A DNA stretch of 63,595 nt, filler included, from Intoshia linei (lineage: Eukaryota; Animalia; Orthonectida), in the NCBI GenBank assembly GCA_001642005.1. It is 5 parts of 5 records of this genome, joined end to end, with 100 filler letters (N's around TTAATTAATTAA, not from the genome) between each part and the next. Parts side by side here need not be neighbours in the genome. Positions count along the whole stretch, not along the records: positions 1 to 27,955 come from LWCA01000427.1; positions 28,056 to 52,848 come from LWCA01000519.1; 3 more parts are not named here. One strand, 5' to 3'. The stretch's first letter is position 1, and each line of letters starts with the position of its first letter. The position numbers were made by a program, and so were the translations under genes. The notes below the pieces were generated by a model that saw only the letters and a program-made list of their open reading frames with translations, did not search any database and was not told the origin of the DNA. Positions 26,578 through 39,097 of this stretch are shown one piece after another.

Positions 26578-27725
26578 TTAAACATTATTTTTACCCAATT
26601 CCTTTTCCTGATATAACGTGTAAATACGTTTTTCAACGTTTGAACAATCATTGTGAATAAACGATCGATCCGTGCAATATTTTAACATAATCTTTAGGCA
26701 TTTACGATCAAATGATTTGATAGCATATACCAAAGATGAACATTCTGACCAAACTGTCATATCAATGTATGCGCCAAACTAGAAAAGAAAATGAAAATAG
26801 TCCTAGAATTTTTAAAAAAATTACAGTTGATACAGCAATATCCAGTTAACACAAAAAAAATTTTAATCTGACACTAATTAAAAAAGCACTTAAGTATATT
26901 TATTTTTTTTTATTTGGAAAATATTTTATTATCAAAAAAGTAATATTTTGATTATACTTGAAAAAATATTATAAATGGTTTTTATCTTATCTTAAGCTGA
27001 CATGTCCCACAAAGTTAAAAACGCAAATTGTAAGTAATTGTAACTTTTTTCTGTTACAACGAGTAAGATAGTTTTCACTTTCAGAAATTTGCATATTTAC
27101 CTGCAAAAACAAAATTTACTCCCGCTTTTGAAAAATAAAAATTTAAATATTCATTTTACAAATTAAAAAAAAATATGGAATTATTTTACTACATATATTT
27201 CCTAAAATTAGCTTTTTAAAAATTTTAATTAAACTATTATAAAATCTATATGGCTCTTTTCTAAAAACATGAGAATCTAAAATTCAGTTAAAAACATTGT
27301 GAATAGTATCAAAATAGGTACTATAATATGGGTAATGTAGTAAAAAAAATTGGAAAATACTGACTTAGACTGTAATATAAATAAACATTTTAGTTAGGCA
27401 ATTTATCTCAATAGAGATGATACATTTTGGACCCGCAACTGAAAAATAATGCCCACCTGCTCTAAAGGCAACTGATTTTATATAATTTATTTACATATTT
27501 ACATATATTTGTTAATTTAAATTACCAATATTAACAATTTTAGGATACCATAAAACCCAGCACAAATACAATATTGTAGAGGTGTGACATTTTTGTATAT
27601 TGTAGATCGTTGATTTACTTCAGCTCCATAATTCAGCAAAATCTTGGTTAATTTTTGATTGCTTCGAACGACAGCTTCCATTAAAGCAAATGTTCCATAC
27701 GAATCCACAAAATTTATGTATTTTG
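26578..27725 (-). CDS. Ankyrin-repeat protein, last two exons (5' part not identified)
   Basis: Exons read INFVDSYGTFALMEAV...TKILLNYGAEVN...TPLQYCICAGFYGILKLLIL | FGAYIDMTVWSECSSLVYAIKSFDRKCLKIML..., fitting the ankyrin consensus TPLH...LL..GA.VN. Confidence 0.75.
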
Positions 27726-27955
27726 CTAAATTATGAATTGGCTATAATTATTACATTATATATTCATTATTATGCATGATTCACAGCCTGTCTGAACTAA
27801 CATTTAATTCAAAAAAATTACTCATCCAAAATTTCAACACTTTCTGATTTGGCACACTTTCAGGAGTATTTTAAAAGAAAAATTAAAAAAATTCTTAGTA
27901 CCGTTTTTGAGTAAAGGTCAAAAATTTAAATAGATGGAGATTTCAATGTCTTAAA

Positions 27956-28055
27956 NNNNNNNNNNNNNNNNNNNNNNNNNNNNNNNNNNNNNNNNNNNNT
28001 TAATTAATTAANNNNNNNNNNNNNNNNNNNNNNNNNNNNNNNNNNNNNNNNNNNN
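27956..28055. other. Assembly gap with artificial TTAATTAATTAA spacer (also 52849-52948, 59539-59638, 62390-62489)
   Basis: The same 100-nt structure N-run/TTAATTAATTAA/N-run occurs four times; the 12-mer places stops in all six frames. Confidence 0.97.
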
Positions 28056-28614
28056 ATAAATGTTAGTTACGATGAGCTATAATTTGTTTAAAACTTTAAA
28101 GGCACAACCAAGGTTTTTCTAAATTTAATTCACTAATAATAATACAAAAAATTTAAAATAACAGTACTTAAATTGATGCTTAATTCTCGTTATATATCTA
28201 AAAACTATTTAATTAATTAATCAACTAAAAAAATTAAATTTTATATCATTATGTAGTTTAATTTTATTAAAAATTTAAGATAGTTTCATTTAATAAAGGT
28301 AAAGGGTAAGAACATTTTATCTAATGCGCAAAAACTGAAATACTCCAAAAAAAAATAATATAATAATTTTTGATATAATTGACCAAAAAAATTAATTTTA
28401 GCATCATTATGTACAGTTTAATTATATTAAAAATGTACAATTTATTAATTCAATAAGGGTAAAGATAAAAACATTTTATCTAATGCACAAAAACTGAAAT
28501 ATCCCTTCATAAAGTAATATTTTATTGTTGACACTATGTAAACATTGGTAATAAAATAAATTTTGTACTCATATTTTATGAGTAATAATTTGTTCACAAT
28601 TGACATATGTACCG

Positions 28615-28852
28615 TAGGGTGTCAACTTTGTTTTTAGATTGAAACGTGTAGCAAAAATATCAATTAAAATTATTTCATTTAAAGAATGCCGTTTAAATTG
28701 TATAGAAATAATTAATATTGAATTCGTGGTGCACGTTTTAAATATCACTGTAAAAATATTATGGAGAAATTAAAACTGAACTTCATTTTAACGGAAATTG
28801 GCGTTTGACCTTTTAAACGTGTTGGTGACATTATAATATTGTTCTCCATGTT
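28615..28852. mobile_element. hATm-family end fragment; related inverted copy at ~57885-58114
   Basis: TAGGGTGTC...gaaacgtgtag...tatcaattaaaattat...aaagaatgccgtttaaa matches 16397 onward, and 28741-28852 is the reverse complement of ~57885-57990. Confidence 0.75.
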
Positions 28853-30015
28853 AAGTCTCATCCGTATCTCGGTACGGTAACTAGGGCTGTAACGTCACAC
28901 ATCATTTTTATATTTCTGATCTATCAAATCTGAAAGAACTAAAAAATTATGACTTTTACTATAACATTAAACCCTCAATAGTAAATCGCCCTTAAGGACG
29001 TATCCTCGAAGGGAAACGTCTTAAAATGTATTTAAAAACACAAATAAATGCATTTAAAATTGAAAAAAATTGATATTAATAATTAATTTATTTACAAATA
29101 CAAATTTGTATCGAGCTGATTCTACTGTTTAGACAGTTAAATTGAATTATAAAACAAATTAATTTTCTTAATGAGGCCGTTACATGAATCACTAAAATCA
29201 GGCACAAATATATCGGATATCAATCAAGATAATTCAAGAAATAGCGATTATAGGTTTATCAATAAAGATAAATTAAAATCCAAGTCAGTAAAATAAAAGG
29301 TGGCAACGATTGAGAATTCAGTAAGCTGCTGAAGCCGAATTTGTAAAATATTACAGGAAACTCGTACTGCAGACTCCTGCAGTACAGAGAACATTGTCGA
29401 CACAATTCGGTAACCTAACTACTTTTATAAAGGATTGTTATAGACACGTTGTATAATTATAATCTACGATTAATTGCAACAATGTTTGCTATAACTTGGA
29501 TATTTTTTCAATACTCATTTCAAAATCATAAAGTGCTCTAGTTATACTCTTTGGTAATGAACTTTATTAGAAATTAATCCATACTAAATATTTTGATATA
29601 TCTATGAAATAATTTTACCATTTATAAATGTAACGTTAGAATTGGCTCCAATATGTTGGACATTTACAAAATTATAAACAGTAAACGTATTAAAGAATTT
29701 TAGACATAAGGTAAATTTAATTACTCTATATTTACATTTACAAAAATGGTAAATTGATAAATTGGCGTTCAAAAGATTAAAAAAATTGTAAACTATTAAT
29801 TATCTATTATCAAAAAGTGTGATATTTATCGCAGTATAATTTTATCTTTATAATCTTGATATCAGCATAACCTGCATCCATAACAGCATTGTTTGCTTTG
29901 TACGCTATACCGGCTTACAAAGCAAACAATGCAATATTTGCTATATATTTTCTTGTTTACCAATCCAATATAATGAATCGATTGTAATGAATACTAAACT
30001 TTTTATCATATTTAG

Positions 30016-33000
30016 ATAGTGATGGAAGTTGATAAAGACATTACCGACGTGTCAAAAAATCATACTATGCACTTTAATTTTCCATTGGACACATCTGTTG
30101 ATCCAAGTATCTTGAAAGATTCGAATCAGGATAACATGGACACCAATTCTAATAGCCCAACTACCACGAAAGAATTTAAATACACAAAAAAATCATATCA
30201 AGAAAATATACCCGAGCCAAATCCAACTATAATGGAGCCTTCGTTTTCGTCCCACTTTAAACGCAATAACCTGGAAACAGATCAGTGTGCTATGTCGAAC
30301 GGTAACACAGTTGTAGGTCAAATTTGAGTATAATGTTTATTTTTAGACAACAAACATTTTAGCGAGGAAAATAAGTGGGACATTCTGAAAATGTTTGGGA
30401 AAATGACAGTTTATGAAAATATGTTGAAAAAATCCGAAGAAAATTATATTTTAAAGTCAAAATCTGTCGATATTGCAGAAACGTCTAAACAAAACGCGTC
30501 AAATAATGTTGTCAATACCATCAAGAGAAACAGGCGCAAGAGTAAGCCTAGGCATTTAAATACTTTGCAGTTGGAAACTTTTTCTGATAAAAATATTAAC
30601 CAACCTTTAATTAATAAGACTACCCAAAATTATGTACCATTGCTTAATAACGTGGTTAATGTAGCCAACAGTTTTGATGCTATCGATAGCCAAAAGACTA
30701 ATAATTACTACAACTTTTTATACAATTTATCAAAATATAAAAAAACCTTGAAAGATAACAATGTAGACGTTTCTAAATACACTTATAAATTATCTCAATT
30801 ATCTGAAAGCAATCCATTATTTTCCAGAATCATTAATCAATCTCTAGATAAGTCCCATATTGATAATACTGATAAATTACACACCGTTTCTCAACAACTT
30901 GCCTCCAGTTATCCCAGTTATGATTTACCGTTAAATTCAATGTATCCAAACGCCCAACTTCAGATTAAATCCAAGGTAACTTTTATAATTTTTCATGTTT
31001 CAATTTACATTTTAGTCGTATCACCAATTACCTTATTTTGGATTTCGCTGCCTTTGGCCGTGTTGTAATGTCATTCAAGCATCCGTAAATCAAATTAAAA
31101 AACATATCAATGAAGTGCATTTAAGGTTTTTTTACTCAATTTTTTAATTTCATTAATTTGTATACTTTTTTTTATTCTTCATTTTTCATGTCGTTACCCT
31201 TTTTTATGTCTTTAAACTGTATTACATAACCCAAGTATACACGAATGCATAATTATTAAATTTATTCTACTCTTTGCAAATAAGGACAATGTATTGATTT
31301 ATTAATTTGCGTAGGAGCTGTACGTAAACAAGTTTTGCGTTGTATTATATATTACAAATCAACCGTATTTGGGTTATCATAAGCACTACTGATTTTGTTC
31401 AATGCACGTGACAATTTTAAATTGATTTATATTGTGGTTATAAGTACATATCTACCTGTATTGTAATTGTCTTTTGCCTTCAAAATTTAACCTAAAATTA
31501 AATATGCGTTAGTATACCATTTTTTAATCTAGAATCTAGATTAATATTCTTTTATTTTTTTAGTAAATAGATTAGCGGTTTCAGGTTAATTTAGTCGCTT
31601 GAGTTTTAAATTTTTTTTAATGTTTATTACAATATATAATGTACTAGTTGGGCTGTTTTGTACTTTGTACAAACAGCACCTATCTCTGCTAGAACGAACT
31701 TTTTTAATTCTATTAAAAAAATTAAATCTTGAAATCAAAATGCTACTATTAACTATTACCAATCTTTTAAAGTTTAAAGTAAAGAGTCTCAAACGTGTGA
31801 AGACATCATTTACATTTCAGGATCATTAATTATTTCAAATTTTTTGTTCATGTAATAATTCCATTAAAAAAAGTGTAAATAGTAAATTGTTTTTTTTACC
31901 AAGAAGGCGTAACTTAATATTGAAATAAATTTATCTATTTTAACTAGAAAAATGTGAAATTTAATCTTATTTTAAATTACAGAATTCTCTCTATAACTCG
32001 CCATTCTTGGGATTCAGAAAAAATTGGTGAGATGGAAAATTTAAAACGATATAAACATCAGATAAAACCTTTAAATTATAGGTTAAATTGCAATAAAATG
32101 TTAATTGTAATAAAACTTGTAAAATTTAATACAAAATAACTTGATTTATTTTGAAAAATGATTTAAAACTTATAGTTTATATTTTAAATTAATGGCAAGT
32201 TGTGGAGAGAATACTGTATTATTTTATTTTTTTTAAAATTTTATAAAATAAAGATAATACACATACAAAAAAAGAGTTTTATATAGGTTAGGAGGGGGGA
32301 ACGTTGGTTTTGATTATGAAGATATATAAGACTTTGATATTGAAGTATATTATCTTTTTTATTATTATTATTTATTTTCTGATTTTAAAAAATTTTAGAT
32401 CTCATTTGATTTATAAAAAATGATAATTGGGGTTTTTTACACTGAAAGACTCAATTTCTGAAATCAAATTTGTGAGAAAATTTAATCCTTGAAAAACTGA
32501 ATTAGAAATTGCTCTTTTAAATTTTTTTAAAAACATCTTACTTTTGTAAATAAAATGAAACTAACAAAATTAAAAACGGGAACCTTCTTTAAAATTGGTG
32601 TAAAAAATCCTCTAAAAACCTTTTTTAAAATTTGGTACAAAAAATCCACTTTAAAATATGGTAAAAAAAATTTTCTTAAAAACTCTTTAAAGTATGATCA
32701 AAAAAATTTTCATAAAAAACCCCTTGAAAATAAAGTAAAAAAGGATAATTAAGGTTTTTACCGGTAAGATGTAAGTTTTAAGATTGAAATTGAAAAAATA
32801 GTGACGGATGGGTATCGGATATGGGAATGAGTGTATCTGGATTTTTAATGGATATTGAAGAAATATTATAAAGTAGACTCAGATGAATAATATGAGTAAA
32901 CTTGTGGATTACATTACCTAACCTATAAATAGAAATGATCAAAATTCACTAACTCTATGGATGGTCTGATTGATATTTTGTGAATGTGATTCTATTATAT

Positions 33001-34524
33001 GATTATATGATATCTGATCTTATATGAAAAATTTGTATTTATATTTACTGTTTATGTTAAATTATATAATATTTTTAGACATAATCCTACGTTGTCCAAA
33101 AAAACTGAAGATTTATGTTATACTCCAATACCCAAAGAAGTTTTAAACTTGAATATATATGAAGATTCAAAGGGATTAGCTAATTCTTTACCTATCCAAC
33201 CCATCAATTATAATTTTGATCATGATTACCAGAAAAAAGTAATTTTAAATATTGTTAATTAGTTTCGGCAAATATTGTGTATTTCTTGTACATTGTATAT
33301 CAAAGATTTTTATATTTGAAATATCTTGTCTGTTTTGTACTTTGTACCAGAGATCTGGAGAAGAGCTAGGTGGTTATATGGGAGCCTAATATGCTAAATT
33401 AATAGGTGATTTTAGAAACATTTTTCGTATTGTGGGCGAAATTTTTATTAGTCGAGCAGGTTTAAACAATACATGGAGTAACCAAATTTTTTTTTATTTG
33501 ATCCGCGCCATCTGTTGCGCTTTACCGCTCTGTTTGATACAAACAGTAGCTAACTTTGCCAAGGGCGAAAATTTCCAGATAAAATTTAATTGCTCAGAAT
33601 AATATTACATATTTTTCATTTTAATGATTTGGATAGATTTTAAGATGAAACCTGTAATTTTCAATTTTTAATATGAATTTAAATTTACCAATTTTTTCCA
33701 TAATTAATTTGTGGAAATCTATTAAATTAACAAAAATTTTTCAAGGGGCCATTCAAAAATTTCAAAGTTACAAAGTAAAAGATACATTTTATAATAAAAT
33801 GAAAAAATGTTACAGTTTTATCATACAAGTAGTTTCATTATGATCGCAATAATTTATGCATAATTAGTAAAAAATATTTCGCGGACCCTTTAAAAAATTA
33901 TACGACCAGTTTAAGAAACACTGGATATAGAAAATGTTTATTAATATAAAAGGGTCAAGAAATGAATCAAACTAAAACCAAGATTTTTGTATTTCAAAAA
34001 TATAAGTTAATTGACTAAAAGTATCTGAATTTCTGCACCGGGAAAAGCTGACTTGGAAATTGCGTTTTTGTGTTTTTATATTTCGGATGGTTACAGACAC
34101 ATTTTTAGCAATATTTACTTTATACATCTTTATTAACTTTGTTATTTTTTAGGACGTTACAAATTAAGCTGAAACTTGTTTTAACCGAGAAATTTTTTTT
34201 TTAAAATTTTTAACAAAAAATTAAATTTAAAAATAAAAACTAATATAATGATGTAGCGCTCAATACAGCAAAATTTAAGTTTCAATTTGAACAATGAAAA
34301 TCTTAATCGAACCGAAATGAATATTAAAAATATGAAAAATGTAATAAAATATGAAATAAAAATAAATTTAACAATTATAGATGTGCAAACCAAAAAATAC
34401 ACAAAGACCTTTTCGTAAAAGAAGTGATATAAAGAAATGTAGAAAAGTTTATGGAATGGATAAACGAGATTTATGGTGTACTCAATGCAAATGGAAAAAA
34501 GCTTGTAGTCGCTTTGTAGAGTGA
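30016..34524 (+). CDS. ZNF704: ZNF395/ZNF704/SLC2A4RG-family transcription factor (C2H2 finger + C-clamp); 5' end unresolved
   Basis: The exon at ~31016 reads FRCLWPCCNVIQASVNQIKKHINEVHL, the exon at ~33079 has EDLCYT...DHDYQ, and the last exon reads RKRSDIKKCRKVYGMDKRDLWCTQCKWKKACSRFVE* (canonical C-clamp). Confidence 0.92.
31644..31700 (-). mobile_element. Helitron-like 3' terminus; family also at ~9925, ~33535, ~41405-41460 and 44188-44243
   Basis: Hairpin GCTGTTTGTAC...GTACAAAACAGC followed 4 nt later by CTAG|T (plus-strand example 44208-44243), preceded by a conserved CCTCGGCAGA..TAGGT motif. Confidence 0.6.
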
Positions 34525-35894
34525 AAAATATTTTATGTAAATATGTATTTAATTTTTTTAACCTTTATTTAGATACATATGCGGGTTTGTTAAAGTTTAA
34601 ATGAATTTTAGCCACTAAATTATACCATTTATCCCCTACTTGATATTTATTAATGTAAATACTGTTTTGTTGTTACACAATTAACCCCGTTATTGTTAAT
34701 TTAAATTGTGCATTGTTGATTTATTAATAAATTTTATTCATGTTTACTATATTTACTTGTTAATTTATTTAATCTTACATTTACGTTTATTTTATGATTT
34801 ATAATTTACATTACACAATTTAGTTAATTTACAAACATTTTTAATTTTAATATAGTGTACGGGTAAAATATATCTTGTTGGTGCAGGGTAAATTGGTCAT
34901 CGAGAAAACGAAGGATCATTATCTTTAAATTTTTCAATAAATTATTTTGAGTTTTCTCCAGTTGTAACGAGATTCTCAAAAAATATCGATTAATTTTAAT
35001 CATGTTACACTTTAATTTTAACCACTGCACAATAGTGCTAATACATATTGTACTCGTATGTGCAATTAGTCATAATGCACATGTGCATTAAATTTGCAAT
35101 AATCGACTCTGCAGTTGATATTGATTTTGTTAATTTTTTTGTAATTGGACTATTTTAGTTGGTTATAATAGTACAAGTTAAGTAAGATGATGTATTTTAA
35201 TGCCTTTCCTAAATTATTTAAATTATTCTACCCGGATTAACACCATTAATTATTAATTAATAATATGTTGCACAATTTTCAATTTCTATTAAAAGTAGAA
35301 CATATCTTCATCAATTGAGCGACACGACCAGCATCGCTGGTTGATTACACTGGAAAGTTTTCAGTTGAAACACTAAAAATAATATTACTAGGATTACCTT
35401 TAATTATTTTTATTTTAATCGAAATATTTGAAAAATATTGGTTGATAATATATTAAAAAGTATTTTTCACCCGGGAATGCGTAGATTTCTATATTGAAAT
35501 TTTGTATTTATATCAACTGGAATAAGCTCTATCAGAATAATTTTTTTTAAAGGTTAAACTTTTGTATTTATATCAACTGGAATAAGCTCTATCAGAATAA
35601 TTTTTTTTTTTAAATTTCTGACCATTAATTATTTCATATTTTTTGTTTTAATAAAAAAATACTCTGGAAAAAAAATATTTGAATACTAAAATGCTTTTTT
35701 GACCGTGAAATCGTCACTTATTCGGATTGAAATTTTTTGTGTGTGTTAACAGGATACAACTGTTTCTACAACATATCTAGGGCTGTTTTATAAAAACAAA
35801 AAAGGTAATTTAGGGTTTTGGTCCTGACAATATAATTTTTTTAAATTTAAATTTATGGTAATGTTTATGATTTTAAAATCCGTATCAGCGTATA

Positions 35895-36050
35895 TATTTT
35901 TTTAAATTCTCGAACTCGTTTGATTTTCAAAAAAAAGACAATTGGGATATATATTTTTTTAAATTCTCCAACTCGTTTGATTTTCAAAAAGAGGGACAAT
36001 TTTTTAAATTTTCCAACTCGTTTGATTTTCAAAAAAAAGACAATTGGGGT
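35895..36050. repeat. Three tandem copies of a ~45-55-bp unit
   Basis: tttttaaattctc(g/c)aactcgtttgattttcaaaaa.a..gacaatt is repeated three times. Confidence 0.85.
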
Positions 36051-36326
36051 TTTGTATCCGTAAGATGTGAGTTTGGGAGGTTTAAATTTATCTTATTATC
36101 ACTTTCGAAATATACTGTAATTGAAATATGGACTTTATAAAATTCTAAGACTGGTAGTTAGTAAAATTAAGTGGAACACACACACCAACAAATATTGCGT
36201 AGAATATAATATAAGTAAAGAATAAATTATACTGAAAAATGAAATTTAATTTATTTTAAGCTACATTTAAAATGAATAAATTGGCTGATATGGATAATTA
36301 GAGAATATTTATTTGTTTATTTCATT

Positions 36327-37844
36327 ATGTACAAATTGTTCAAATCATTAAATTTGAAAGGGTGATTAATATTTAGATTAAAAAAACAAATTAGTTTAAT
36401 AAAATGGAAAAGTGGCATAAATAATGAATTTACGGAAAGTTTAAAAAAATTGGATCTTTTAAAAAATGTAACAAACTCTGAAAAATTAAAACTATACGGT
36501 TTATACAAACAGGTAAATTTTTGTAATTTTACATGTCACTAAATTTAATAATAAAATTAAGGCTACAATTGGTAAATGTAACACTTCAAAACCTTCACTT
36601 ACCGATTTAATTGGAAAAGCTAAATGGGCTGCATGGAATAAATGTGCCAAATTTACAAAGGTATATTATTATACATGTTGATCCATATATGCGTATTATT
36701 TTACAATGGTTGATTTAAAAAATTTAGACTGAAGCTGAAAAAGAATATACACTTTTAGTGGAAAAGATTTACAATAAGAGTGTTTCAAAATAAAATTAGT
36801 TAATATAAATAAATTTTTCAGAATTTGATGAATATGGTTAATGATGGTTTCATTAGTACATTAATTAACAATGGAACTTTGGAAATAAAATTAAACAATG
36901 AAAAAAAACTAAATTGTTTATCAAAACACGTTTTTCAGAACATTCAAATATAATTATAGATTTAGACATACCTTGGCATAACTCAAATACTAAACCAAGT
37001 CAAAGACGACCCTAAAATAAAAAGCGTTGCATTAACAGGTTTCTTGTGAAAATATTAATATTATGAATAGGTCAAGGCAATTATTTTAGCTCTGGTAATG
37101 ATGTGACAAGTATAGCACAAGAAATTGTTCAAAATGAAGGAAATAATGAAAATATGATTATTTATTTTACAACCGTCGTCAAGTATTTTTTTTCAAGTAA
37201 AACTTCTTATACAAATTTAGGAATTTTGTCAAATCAATAATAGATTTCTCGAAACCACTTGTTGCTCTAATTAATGGCCCAGCTATAGGTATTAGCGTCA
37301 CAATACTTCCTTTATTTGACTATGTTTTGGCGTCGGAACAAGTACAAATTATCATTGAAATTCTATCAACATGTTTAGGCGACATTTCAAACACCTTTCA
37401 CTAATATGGGACTATGCCCTGAAGGCTGTTCAACACTTACATTCTTCAACTTGATGGGATTGTCGAAAGTAAAATATATTTTACTTGTAATGTGTAATCT
37501 GAATAGGCTACGGAAATTTTACTTTTTGAAAAAACTTTAACTGCACAAGAGGCTTTTAACGTCAATTTAGTTAACAAATTTGTCCCATTATCAGAATTTG
37601 AAAATGAATCCAAGCTGATTTTAGAAAAAATCAATAAATTCAATGTAGAGGTTTGGTTTATAGAAAAATTCACATCAATTATTAAACATTTTAGACATTG
37701 AGAAAGAATAAGAAAATGATGAGATTTTTTCATTTGGAGAAACTCCATAGTCACAACGAAATTGAGATGAATGCTGTCAAGGATCGACTCAAAAGCAAAG
37801 AAAGTAAAGAAGCGGCTCAAAAATTTTTAAAAAATGTAGCGTGA
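36327..37844 (+). CDS. ECI2: Enoyl-CoA delta isomerase 2 (ACBP + crotonase domain); start codon uncertain
   Basis: ACBP domain [10 protein letters not shown]|[11 protein letters not shown]...GKAKWAAW. Crotonase motifs [36 protein letters not shown] and [18 protein letters not shown]. Ends KFLKNVA*. Confidence 0.93.
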
Positions 37845-38177
37845 ATTTTTGAAATCCTAAATAAATTTAACATTTCACCCAATTCATTCTTTAATATAGC
37901 TTTTATGACGACACTTTCTACAAAAGTAGAATGTATGCTTTAAAAAGCAACTTATATTAATTAGAATGTAATATGTTGATAAACTAAATCAAAATACAAA
38001 TGTAATATTAAAATTTAAATGCACCAAAATCACATGTTGAAATAATGAGTGATATCATAATGAAATGAAACTTTGTTATTCACTTGTTATCGAAAATTTT
38101 AAAATTTCTAAGCAACTTTTATTGACATGGTAAATTATTAAATTTAAATTTAAATTAAAAAATTCTTAATTAAAATA

Positions 38178-38413
38178 ATGCTCTCAAATGTGGTTAGTTT
38201 ATTTTTAAATTTTATGAAATTATCATTTAGTTTGTTTTTTTTTTGGGAGTTTATGTTGGAGTGTATATTGATCAGAATTATTCGGTATGAAACTTTTTTT
38301 TTTTTAAAAGATTTTTTTAGTTGCCAAAAGTTGGGGATCCTAAATCATTATACAAAGGTGCCATTCGTATCATGGATAATTATAAAAAAGATGATTCCAA
38401 AGATGATAAATGA
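38178..38413 (+). CDS. STMP1: Short transmembrane mitochondrial protein 1-like microprotein (53 aa, 3 exons)
   Basis: Exons 38178-38192, 38231-38284 and 38321-38413 (introns 38 and 36 nt, GT-AG, phase 0) give MLSNVFVFFLGVYVGVYIDQNYSLPKVGDPKSLYKGAIRIMDNYKKDDSKDDK. The G.Y..QNY..P signature matches STMP1/C7orf73. Confidence 0.85.
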
Positions 38414-39097
38414 AATTACCTATGTTGACCAAAAATTGTTTATTAAATTACCCTTACATTTTTAAACTGGACTACTTATTGCACTAGTGTCACTAAATTG
38501 TGGCTACAAATCATGAATATCACTGAAAATTGTATGTCATCAATCATCTATTGACGTAAACTGTTGTTGGGATTGATGGAGGATTCGTTTTTAAAAAATT
38601 TTAAAATTAAGATATCAAAATTATTTTGATATTTTGTACGTTGAAACGTATTTTACAACGCGTTGTATGATAAATTTCAAATTTCTTTGATCTTAACGAA
38701 TTTTACAATCATAAAAATTACCTCCAATCGAATATAACCGGTATTATATTACTACTTCTCACTAATGACTAATGCAGTAGGTTCCTGGTTTATTTTATCT
38801 ACCTTATGTAAAATTGCCCACATGTTCTCCAATAGTACATGAAATAAAATGTGTTTACAATTATCAATATTAATCATCGATTTGCATTGTATACAAAAAA
38901 ATTTTAACAGCCTTGAGCATTCGTAGGTTCAGCTCTGGTCTCACCAATCCGATTAAGTAATTTAATTAAATATCGCCCAATTTGGCATATGTAATTACAA
39001 TTAACAAGTACAAAAGAAAAATTTTATTAATGCTGAAAATAAATTCATTAAAATGTCACTTAAGGAATAATGTAATGTGACTTGTATATTGCTTATT

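Noticed and set aside
27956-28055. Identical TTAATTAATTAA motif inside all four N-runs as a biological repeat
   Set aside because: It is an artificial six-frame-stop contig spacer. It also means gene order across the gaps, and the missing parts of the ankyrin, PDSS1 and YAF2 genes, cannot be interpreted.
30016-31068. ORFs 30019 and 30391 as the missing continuation of BubR1
   Set aside because: They splice in phase into the C2H2 and C-clamp exons of the ZNF704-like gene and contain no kinase motifs.
34824-35400. Minus-strand ORF 34824..35030 and neighbouring GC-richer patches as a gene
   Set aside because: I found no recognisable domain and could not build a consistent spliced frame.
2020-38465. 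Many 60-125 aa ORFs in the track (for example 2020, 12786, 16533, 19399, 20078, 21240, 23113, 31586, 32555, 34181, 37446)
   Set aside because: They are F/L/I/K/N-biased chance ORFs of AT-rich DNA, antisense or alternative frames of real exons, or translations of repeats.
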